Made by a program: the position numbers and the translations under genes. From a virus (lineage: Duplodnaviria > Caudoviricetes): 35,998 bases of DNA. Shown piece by piece: positions 1 through 6,962 of the stretch. Every line of letters starts with the position of its first letter. Position 1 is the stretch's first letter. The stretch lies in the IMG/VR virus record IMGVR_UViG_3300046820_000193, positions 1-35,998 of that record; one strand, given 5' to 3'. The notes under the pieces are model-generated. The model ran no database searches and was not told the origin of the DNA. It saw only the letters and a program-made list of their open reading frames with translations.

Positions 1-127
1 AATAGTATCTATTACCACTATCCAGCCTATAGTAACTTTACTAGCTGGACTGGTTGCTATTGTATCTGGAATTATGGCAATCCGCTACTATTACAATGCC
101 ACAAAAAAAGTACAAAAAGATGATGAA
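1..127. repeat. 127-bp terminal direct repeat, copy 1 (circular assembly overlap)
   Basis: 1-127 is identical to 35872-35998. The length equals a common assembler k-mer and an ORF reads through the join. Confidence 0.95.
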
Positions 128-317
128 ATTTCTAAATAGTATGTGGGGTAGCTGGCTAAAAATAGCCATCTCTGCCATTATCACTATGATCATCTCTAAA
201 GGGAATATCTTTGAGATTACTTTAGAAGAGTGTATCAGCGCAGCAGTTATCTCATTACTGCCCATTATCATTAACTACTTGAATCCTCATGATCCTAGAT
301 ATGGCAATAAAGGTTAA
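120..317 (+). CDS. Holin-like small membrane protein
   Basis: MMKFLNSMWGSWLKIAISAIITMII...SAAVISLLPIIINYLNPHDPRYGNKG has two hydrophobic segments and lies in the lysis cassette. ATG 120 is preferred over the track start at 54, which lies inside the upstream gene. Confidence 0.6.
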   Translation: MMKFLNSMWGSWLKIAISAIITMIISKGNIFEITLEECISAAVISLLPIIINYLNPHDPRYGNKG

Positions 318-759
318 AATATTATTCTTACTTTTATTACTTGCCTCATGCAATCCTCTAAGAAAGGCAGAGCGCAGAGTATTAGCCTCACCAGATGCAT
401 CTGAGCGTATATTCAGAGAATTAGAAAAAACTAGGCCATGCGCTAATGATACCAGCTATATTACAATTTTAGATACATTGGTAACTACTGATACTATCAT
501 AGACTACAAGAGAGATACTATAAACAATGTTATAACATTGACTGAGAAAGGCAAGACTATCTACAAGACTAAGAAAGTAGTAGAGGTAAAAACTGGCTAC
601 ATAGTAGATACCAGAAGGCTAGGCATCCTGGCTGATTCTGTGCGTTTCTACAAGACATCTTTAGATATTGCTAGTAAGACATCATACGAGTATAAAAAGT
701 GGCTCATTTTGCTTGTAATTGCTATTTTAGCATATTTCATCATAAAAGTAAAGTTTTGA
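301..759 (+). CDS. Lipoprotein with C-terminal TM helix; putative unimolecular spanin
   Basis: Signal peptide with lipobox LLAS-C, a T/V-rich middle, and C-terminal TM WLILLVIAILAYFII. Sits between holin and endolysin. Confidence 0.7.
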   Translation: MAIKVKILFLLLLLASCNPLRKAERRVLASPDASERIFRELEKTRPCANDTSYITILDTLVTTDTIIDYKRDTINNVITLTEKGKTIYKTKKVVEVKTGYIVDTRRLGILADSVRFYKTSLDIASKTSYEYKKWLILLVIAILAYFIIKVKF

Positions 760-1217
760 TAATTAGCGAACATCTAACATTAGGCGAGCTTATACGCTCT
801 GAATCAGCTAAGCGAGCTGGCCTATCTAATATGCCTAATGCTGAGCAAATAGAGAATTTAAAGGCATTAGCAGAGAATATCTTTGAGCCAATCCGTAATC
901 ATTTTAGAGCGCCTATTTATATTTCCAGTGGCTTTAGATCACCAGAGGTGTGTGCTTTGATCAAAGGAGCTGCTAAAAATAGCCAGCATTCCAGAGGTGA
1001 GGCTATAGACATAGATATGGATGGGCATAGCCATAATATCACCAATGCTGATATATTTAATTTTATCAAGCAAAGATTACAATTTGACCAGCTCATCTGG
1101 GAATTTGGTACAGACAAAAATCCAGCGTGGGTGCATGTCTCTTATACAACAAAAAAGCCTCTAAGAAATCAAATCTTAAAGGCTTTAGATGGGGGAAAGT
1201 ATATTACCTTTTCTTAG
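756..1217 (+). CDS. Endolysin, Zn peptidase M15A family
   Basis: ISSGFRS, SQHSRGEAIDID and WVHVSY motifs. A TTG start overlaps the upstream TGA (TTGA). Confidence 0.9.
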   Translation: MIISEHLTLGELIRSESAKRAGLSNMPNAEQIENLKALAENIFEPIRNHFRAPIYISSGFRSPEVCALIKGAAKNSQHSRGEAIDIDMDGHSHNITNADIFNFIKQRLQFDQLIWEFGTDKNPAWVHVSYTTKKPLRNQILKALDGGKYITFS

Positions 1218-1593
1218 ATTCATGCAATGCATGCAATATGCTAGCATGACAAAATCCTAAATATCTACCCAGCTCACTGGCAGAGTAGCCTTCTTTATAG
1301 GCAGATGTTACAAATCTATTCCTATTTATTACTATCTCAGTTTTTCTGGATCTATCACAAAGCATTTTATAGCTAGTGTTATTTGCTGCGCAGTATTGCT
1401 CAGTAAAATCAGCAAGAGTTAAATTTGGATCTATTCCCTTCCTAGAGAATTTCTCCACATACCTTACCTCTACTATTTTATCTGGCACTGCTTTGATCTT
1501 CTCTTGCAGCATCACATCTATTCTTTTTAATGCGTGATCATTGCATCCAGTGTAAAGCTGAATATATTTAAGTACATCTTTAAATCTGCTCAT
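1204..1593 (-). CDS. HTH protein resembling the DnaA C-terminal (domain IV) fold
   Basis: SRKTEIVINR...GYSASELGRYLGFCHASILHA resembles the DnaA-C SR..I...R / S...IG..F...H.TV.HA pattern. Confidence 0.6.
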   Translation of the reverse strand: MSRFKDVLKYIQLYTGCNDHALKRIDVMLQEKIKAVPDKIVEVRYVEKFSRKGIDPNLTLADFTEQYCAANNTSYKMLCDRSRKTEIVINRNRFVTSAYKEGYSASELGRYLGFCHASILHALHESKKR

Positions 1594-1765
1594 CTGTGTT
1601 ATTTATTACTACATCACTAAATATTCCATCATCCTCTGCTTTGCTGATCATATCCAGCATCTCTAAGTAATAAGGGTATTGATTCTGTAAAAGGTGTGTT
1701 ATCTTACCTACTAATGCTATTTTGTGTACTATAGGTAAATCCATCCATGCTTTATGATTTGCCAT
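1580..1765 (-). CDS. Hypothetical protein
   Basis: 61-aa ORF overlapping both neighbours in the leftward operon. Confidence 0.7.
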   Translation of the reverse strand: MANHKAWMDLPIVHKIALVGKITHLLQNQYPYYLEMLDMISKAEDDGIFSDVVINNTDEQI

Positions 1766-1868
1766 ATTCTTTCATTTTTGCGATTAAAAATAATGTTACA
1801 TATAAGAAGCATGCCAGTGGCACTGCTATTAAGAAAAACTTTATAAAGGTTAAGATAGTCTTTATCAT
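1752..1868 (-). CDS. 38-aa single-TM protein (not in ORF track)
   Basis: MIKTILTFIKFFLIAVPLACFLYVTLFLIAKMKEYGKS*, ATGA-coupled to the upstream ORF. Confidence 0.65.
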   Translation of the reverse strand: MIKTILTFIKFFLIAVPLACFLYVTLFLIAKMKEYGKS

Positions 1869-1993
1869 AGATTTTCAATTATAGCAGTTAAGATAAAAGC
1901 TACTGCCAGGATGATGCCAGCATATAGCGGATTAATACTTTCTGAGCGGTAACGCTCATTTGCTTTTTGTTGTGGTGTTTTCAGCGTGTTCAT
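1865..1993 (-). CDS. 42-aa C-terminally anchored membrane protein (not in ORF track)
   Basis: MNTLKTPQQKANERYRSESINPLYAGIILAVAFILTAIIENL*, first ORF after a TAnnTTTG promoter. Confidence 0.7.
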   Translation of the reverse strand: MNTLKTPQQKANERYRSESINPLYAGIILAVAFILTAIIENL

Positions 1994-2064
1994 AATTAAA
2001 AATTAAAATTAAAAAGTATGAAGATTGTTCCGTAGGCGATACCTTCCTAAACGCATTGATAAAT

Positions 2065-2105
2065 CAAAGCTAAGGTATTTTAATTTAATTAAAAAAAATT
2101 TTTTT
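2065..2105 (-). promoter_or_regulatory. Bacteroidota-type host promoter, -7 box TAGCTTTG
   Basis: Reverse complement of 2065-2072 fits TAnnTTTG, with an A8/T7 tract at the -33 position. Confidence 0.7.
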
Positions 2106-3330
2106 AAATATATTTTTTAAAATGGCTTAAAGTGTAATCTTTTTTATTCTGGACCATGCCAAAAATACGCTCCTCTATGCCTCCCTGGGTGAATATCCAG
2201 TACACATTAGATGCCTCTGTGCGGTCCTTTGTCTGCATTCTGGCCCTGGACTGCCAGTAGCTAACTGCCGAAAAATCAATGTTATACATCACCAGAGCAT
2301 CTGCTGAGCTTAAATTTATGCCCTCTCTGCCAGATTGGATCTGGGATATAAAGACTGCATCACCAGATGCCTCATTAAATGCCATTGGATCTTCTATAAT
2401 GCGCCCAGCAAAGGTTACCCTAAGCTGCATACCTTCTGCTATGTACTTGTAAAATATAGCTATCTTTTGACCTTTAAAGCGCTCTTTGATAAAGTTAGCC
2501 TTAGTATCATCAAATATCACTGCATTGCCATCCTCAGTTTTAACTGATCCAGAGCATATCTGGTGGATCTTCTGCATCTCTTTTACTGCCGTATCTGCCA
2601 GGATTAACTGGCCATCTTTAGTCCTAAATAGCTTATCTTTTTTTATGCGCTCTATGGCCCATTTAATGCGATCAGACATAGGCACATATAATATCACCTC
2701 ATGCACCAGGCTCTCAAAGCCAGCCTCCTCTTGAGTATAGGTGAGCATAAGATGTGAGATTTCTGTACTGATCCTCTCTTGCTTTACTTTGCTATAATCT
2801 GCAAGCTCCCTATTAAATACATACTTTTTAGCTGGGATGCCATACTCTTTATGCCACTTGTAAAAGTTAGCATATCCATTAAAAGGACTATAGCTGCTGA
2901 TCCAGAACTGGTGATACATCTGCGCATAAGATTCTGGACTAGGTGTGCCAGATAAATAAATAATTGGCTTTCCTTCACATATAACCTTTAAAGCTTTTGT
3001 GCGCTCAGATGGTATAGGGTATTGACCTAAAGAGTGTGCCTCATCTACTATGATCACATCATAGCTTTGTGCTACTTTATGTACTTGCTCAAAATTAATT
3101 ATATCAATATCATATATGCATAAGCTTTGATCATAATCATCCTGGATGCTGCTTATAGCTTTTTTCTTAGTAACAAATAATACCTTCTTTGCATTCATTA
3201 AGCTAGCAATATGCAAGCTGGTAATAGTTTTACCAGTACGCACTTGCATGGCTAAATACACTAGGCCAAATTCTTTAAGTATAGCTATAGCTTGATCAGC
3301 AATATCTACTTGATAATCTCTTAATTGCAT
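2104..3330 (-). CDS. Superfamily 2 (SNF2/ResIII-like) helicase
   Basis: LRDYQ Q-motif, VRTGKT, IIVDEAH, LSGTP, GREGINLS and QSRARMQ motifs. Confidence 0.9.
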   Translation of the reverse strand: MQLRDYQVDIADQAIAILKEFGLVYLAMQVRTGKTITSLHIASLMNAKKVLFVTKKKAISSIQDDYDQSLCIYDIDIINFEQVHKVAQSYDVIIVDEAHSLGQYPIPSERTKALKVICEGKPIIYLSGTPSPESYAQMYHQFWISSYSPFNGYANFYKWHKEYGIPAKKYVFNRELADYSKVKQERISTEISHLMLTYTQEEAGFESLVHEVILYVPMSDRIKWAIERIKKDKLFRTKDGQLILADTAVKEMQKIHQICSGSVKTEDGNAVIFDDTKANFIKERFKGQKIAIFYKYIAEGMQLRVTFAGRIIEDPMAFNEASGDAVFISQIQSGREGINLSSADALVMYNIDFSAVSYWQSRARMQTKDRTEASNVYWIFTQGGIEERIFGMVQNKKDYTLSHFKKYI

Positions 3331-3346
3331 TGGTAAAATTTAATGT

Positions 3347-3448
3347 AAAAAATGGGAGGGATCGTTTAAACATAACCAAACACCCCTATTTGATAATTTA
3401 TTCCCTCCCATGACCTCATCATATTAAACTGGTCAGAGGTAATCCAGT
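3347..3448 (-). ncRNA. Candidate structured RNA (pseudoknot, 10-bp stem, U-tract)
   Basis: Interleaved stems ACTGG/CCAGT and ACCTC/GAGGT, then ATGGGAGGGA/TCCCTCCCAT (3352-3361 and 3402-3411) followed by a T run. Confidence 0.45.
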
Positions 3449-3449
3449 A

Positions 3450-3722
3450 TTATATTTGACCATCTTGTAATGGCTCATCTTCTTTTTGATCTATTCTCCT
3501 ATAGCCTTCTTTCCAGAGAATCCTGGTTAATGTCACAGAATTACGCACTATAGTCTCTTCTGAGTTTCTGGGATATAATAAATGTAATACCTCATGGATC
3601 AGAATCTCTAGATGCTTCTTTCCTTTCAAGCGCTCATCAAGCTCCACCACACCATCACTAGATGCCATGCCATGGGCCTTCTCTCTGCCCAGCTTGCGAT
3701 ATATGATCTTAATTTTAAGCAT
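3450..3722 (-). CDS. Small HExxH zinc-metalloprotease-like protein
   Basis: EILIHEVLHLL followed by SEETIV, a minimal SprT/IrrE-like pattern. Confidence 0.7.
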   Translation of the reverse strand: MLKIKIIYRKLGREKAHGMASSDGVVELDERLKGKKHLEILIHEVLHLLYPRNSEETIVRNSVTLTRILWKEGYRRIDQKEDEPLQDGQI

Positions 3723-3912
3723 CTTTTAACATAGCCTCATCTGGTCTATCAATATTATCTGGGAAAAATATAGCTTGCCCACCTCTCACCATTGCCAAAA
3801 GTTTTTTTATATGCTGCTCTAAATTCACCACCTCTGCATACTTTTTCACTAACCATGCCTCTTGCTCTGTAGCTTTCATCTTGTTAAAGTTTTTTGGAAT
3901 TTTCATACTCAT
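3715..3912 (-). CDS. Hypothetical protein
   Basis: 65-aa ORF overlapping both neighbours. Confidence 0.7.
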   Translation of the reverse strand: MSMKIPKNFNKMKATEQEAWLVKKYAEVVNLEQHIKKLLAMVRGGQAIFFPDNIDRPDEAMLKDA

Positions 3913-4105
3913 ATTGAATTAATAAATCTATATAATGTCTTGCCTTCTTTAAATCTTCTATTCCGTTTTTATGTTTATGCCTCATCACATACTTTATAAC
4001 ATTGCCTTCTATAAAAGGTATGCTATTACTATAAATAAATTCTGTAGGCTGGATCTTGTATATCTTATAATGATCACCGCCTATCTGCACATCTTCTGCC
4101 TTCAT
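3884..4105 (-). CDS. DUF3310 (SaV-like / T7 gp1.7-like) protein
   Basis: QIGGDHY, GNVIKYVMR, KNGIEDLKKARHY signature. Confidence 0.9.
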   Translation of the reverse strand: MKAEDVQIGGDHYKIYKIQPTEFIYSNSIPFIEGNVIKYVMRHKHKNGIEDLKKARHYIDLLIQYEYENSKKL

Positions 4106-4836
4106 TATTTATCAGTTTTAGTAGTGTAATGATTACAAGTCTTGCACTTATAAACTATTCTTTTAGTTCCAGATGCTAATACTCTATTAGAATGCTTGAT
4201 CAAATCATCTGATCCACAATTAGCGCATGTACCTCTATCCTCACCAAACACCACACCATAGTGGGTTTTAGCTGGTATGTGTGTACTCAAATGCTCATGC
4301 ACTTTTTGTAATAAGATAACATCCATTTTGCAATACTTAACCATTTTATCTAGCGCCTTCATGTCATTCTTTAAAGCTATATCTTTCCAGAGATCAAAGT
4401 CTGTTTTGATTTTCTGGCCAATGCCTAAAAAGTCTGCTATATAATTTAGCCTATTGCTATTAAATTTAAATTTTGATCTAGCTACTTTTAAAGTATCTAT
4501 GGTAGTATAGTTAGGAAACATCTGGATGCCATGGAATAAACATCTAGTGCGTATCCATGCAAGATCAAATTTATCTCCATTATGACCTACCAGCTCATCT
4601 GCCGTATCTACTATCTTAATAAAATCTTGCAGCATCTTTTTATCACTTTGCTTTTTATCCCAGGTCAATGCCTCCACCTCTTTCTCTCCCTCCCATTTAT
4701 AGCAAATGCAAATGATTGCTCTTTCTTTTAAGATGTTCTGATAGCCAATATTTAATTTATACCCAGACTGCCAAAAGAATCCGATATTAGGACTTGTCTC
4801 TATGTCAAAGTATAATCGTTTTCTTTTGGTAGCCAT
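4105..4836 (-). CDS. Stand-alone DEDD 3'-5' exonuclease (RNase_H_2/YprB-like) with C-terminal Zn ribbon
   Basis: FDIET, GHNGDKFD, IDT, YCKMDV; terminal CANC...CKTC. Confidence 0.85.
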   Translation of the reverse strand: MATKRKRLYFDIETSPNIGFFWQSGYKLNIGYQNILKERAIICICYKWEGEKEVEALTWDKKQSDKKMLQDFIKIVDTADELVGHNGDKFDLAWIRTRCLFHGIQMFPNYTTIDTLKVARSKFKFNSNRLNYIADFLGIGQKIKTDFDLWKDIALKNDMKALDKMVKYCKMDVILLQKVHEHLSTHIPAKTHYGVVFGEDRGTCANCGSDDLIKHSNRVLASGTKRIVYKCKTCNHYTTKTDK

Positions 4837-4848
4837 GCGATAAAATTA

Positions 4849-5613
4849 CTACTTTTTATGAGATAATTGATAACTAAATTCTCTAGGCTTATCATCTTCA
4901 TGCTCAGCTTGCCATAACTTTTGCACAGATTGGAATAAATCCCAGTCTTTGGATCTATCCTCTCTGGCCACCATTTGCCAGCCTGGCCCTTGAATTGCTC
5001 CATTTTTGCCATAGGTCCTAGTCTTAGCATTAAGCCATAAGATAGCCACACCATCAATGGTAGGAGGCAATTTTAACTTTTGCGCTGCATCTAAGCTAGG
5101 AAATGCATTAAGATATAACATCTCATATGCTGCTAATTGTAGCCAGTAGCTATTATAGATGCCATTAGATGTCTTGATGTCAAGCACATAGCTTTTGCCA
5201 TCTATTTTACAAATGCGATCCAAAGTACCAGCAAAGCCTAATGATCCATTAACAAAGGTTTGCTCTATTAATAAATGCTCTGGTTTATACATCTTGCTAA
5301 AATCTACATAACGCTCAAACATATTCCATTCCTCCAGGCTAAATTTAGGCTTGCCATTATCATCTAATAGCTTACATTCTAAGCCATTATCATAGTCCTC
5401 TGTAAGCTGGTGAACATTTGATCCTCTTCTACCAGCAGCATCTCTGATCTCATCTGCTTTACTGCCTACCTCTTTCATCCATTGCATTAACTGGTAAGGC
5501 TTAGGATAAGCCTCTAAAATTGTGGTAGCACTAGGATAGTGCTGGCCATTATCATCTGTGTAGAATCTGCCATCTACAAAGGTTAATTGATTGGGGTGTG
5601 TTTTAACTAACAT
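4849..5613 (-). CDS. PD-(D/E)XK exonuclease (RecB/Cas4-like phage family)
   Basis: YPSATTIL, RGSNVH, FAGTLD, LDIKTS and QLAAY motifs. Confidence 0.85.
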   Translation of the reverse strand: MLVKTHPNQLTFVDGRFYTDDNGQHYPSATTILEAYPKPYQLMQWMKEVGSKADEIRDAAGRRGSNVHQLTEDYDNGLECKLLDDNGKPKFSLEEWNMFERYVDFSKMYKPEHLLIEQTFVNGSLGFAGTLDRICKIDGKSYVLDIKTSNGIYNSYWLQLAAYEMLYLNAFPSLDAAQKLKLPPTIDGVAILWLNAKTRTYGKNGAIQGPGWQMVAREDRSKDWDLFQSVQKLWQAEHEDDKPREFSYQLSHKK

Positions 5614-5619
5614 AGTTTT

Positions 5620-5811
5620 TTATTTAGTGTATTCTTTAATAGTTTCTTTCACATGTAGGCTACCATCATTAAGCCATACAAGATGAGCAATGCGCTCTAT
5701 ATCTTCTAATGTATCAGATCCAGTGATGAATCTATCATCTACATACAAAAAGTAGCGTACAAAATCATCTGCTAGATTAGTGTCTCTTTCAATTCTATAA
5801 TTATTTGGCAT
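5620..5811 (-). CDS. Hypothetical protein
   Basis: 63-aa ORF co-oriented in the early operon. Confidence 0.7.
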   Translation of the reverse strand: MPNNYRIERDTNLADDFVRYFLYVDDRFITGSDTLEDIERIAHLVWLNDGSLHVKETIKEYTK

Positions 5812-5823
5812 GTTAAATATTTT

Positions 5824-5881
5824 GTGGTGTAAAAAAGCGCCTTTTTGTCCAGAAGGCTAACTGGTGCTTCATTTACCACCA
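5824..5881 (-). terminator. Structured intergenic element / possible terminator after the SSB-like gene
   Basis: GCCTT-loop-AAGGC followed by GC and T6, with additional CCAG/CTGG and TGGTG/CACCA pairings. Confidence 0.45.
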
Positions 5882-5882
5882 A

Positions 5883-6476
5883 CTAAAAAGGTGCAGTATC
5901 ATCTTCATCATCTTCTAATTCCATAGCGGTTAAAGATGTGAAAATGTTTAAAGCCATATTTTCTAGGAATGCCATCATGTCTGAATCATCCCATTGCTCC
6001 TTACCTTTTACCTTAATCTTTTGCATTTGAGGTAATCCATTAGGATCTTCTTTTGTGTAATAAGGTGCAATCTTATTGCCATCCTGGTACAATGTTACAC
6101 CAGTGATAGTCTTAGTAGGATCGTTTTTATCTTTCATGGCCCATGGCATGAATCGCACTGGCTTAGATAAATTAAGATTTGGTAAAGCCTTTAAGAATGA
6201 TGCAGCGTATCTACTGCTATAGCCTAAGCTAATAACATATGTAGAATCTCCATCCTCAAAAGTGATCTGCCATTGCTTACCATAATCATTCTCTCTGGTA
6301 GAGATGCTTTTAATGGTAGCAGTTAGATCCTTAAAAAATTCCTCGTTCACCACTTTGCCAGTCTTAGTGATCCTTTGTGTGGTGTACTGGTTTGCTTCTT
6401 TGTGCTGGCGGACTAGGTTGCCATCTGCAACTGATAGGTAGATTGTGTTTGTACCTACTGATTTTGTTAGAGCCAT
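5883..6476 (-). CDS. Putative single-stranded DNA-binding protein
   Basis: Beta-rich body, acidic tail ending EDDEDDTAPF (SSB-type DxxPF), near the exonuclease gene. Confidence 0.6.
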   Translation of the reverse strand: MALTKSVGTNTIYLSVADGNLVRQHKEANQYTTQRITKTGKVVNEEFFKDLTATIKSISTRENDYGKQWQITFEDGDSTYVISLGYSSRYAASFLKALPNLNLSKPVRFMPWAMKDKNDPTKTITGVTLYQDGNKIAPYYTKEDPNGLPQMQKIKVKGKEQWDDSDMMAFLENMALNIFTSLTAMELEDDEDDTAPF

Positions 6477-6510
6477 AATTAAAAATGTAGTTTGTTTTAT
6501 ACTACGAGAA

Positions 6511-6574
6511 CAAATGTAAGATTATTTATTTAATAAAAAAAAATTTTTTTTAAAGTTTTTATAAATTATATTTG
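6511..6574. promoter_or_regulatory. Divergent Bacteroidota-type promoters
   Basis: TACATTTG on the minus strand (6511-6518) and TATATTTG on the plus strand (6567-6574) flank an A9/T8 tract at the point where gene orientation diverges. Confidence 0.8.
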
Positions 6575-6595
6575 TAGCTCATCAAATATAATACA

Positions 6596-6736
6596 ATGAA
6601 AAAAGAAACCAGAGGCCGCAAAGCCTTACCAGAGAAAGAAAAGAAAAAGCCTATCTTTATTATGATCAAAGGTAAGTTTGTAAAAGAAGTGAAACCAAAA
6701 CTTAAAGAAATTGAGAGAGAGTATAATACAAAGTAA
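6596..6736 (+). CDS. 46-aa basic putative DNA-binding protein (not in ORF track)
   Basis: MKKETRGRKALPEKEKKKPIFIMIKGKFVKEVKPKLKEIEREYNTK*, first gene after the rightward promoter. Confidence 0.7.
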   Translation: MKKETRGRKALPEKEKKKPIFIMIKGKFVKEVKPKLKEIEREYNTK

Positions 6737-6962
6737 AGCCATTAAGCATTTTGAATTGAAAGGCTATCTTGTAGTCAAGATCATACAATGTAATAAAAAT
6801 GGTATGCCAGACCTCATGCTACTAAAAGATGGTAAGACATTCTTTATAGAGTGTAAGACTGAGAAAGGCAAGCTATCTGAACTGCAAAAGTATAGACACG
6901 AACAATTACAAGAGCATGGATTTGAAGTGCGCACAATTTATAAAATACAAGATATATGCTAA
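6711..6962 (+). CDS. VRR-NUC nuclease (Holliday junction resolvase-like)
   Basis: ESIIQ, GMPDL, FIECK, GKLSELQ motifs. Confidence 0.9.
   Translation: MRESIIQSKAIKHFELKGYLVVKIIQCNKNGMPDLMLLKDGKTFFIECKTEKGKLSELQKYRHEQLQEHGFEVRTIYKIQDIC

Noticed and set aside
3389-3398. TTTGATAATT in the candidate sRNA loop also matches the endolysin start region (~755-764)
   Set aside because: A 10-nt AT-rich match is expected by chance in this genome.
4849-5613. Nuclease as part of a CRISPR-Cas (Cas4) system
   Set aside because: It lacks the Fe-S cysteine cluster and has no array or cas neighbours; an ordinary phage PD-(D/E)XK exonuclease.
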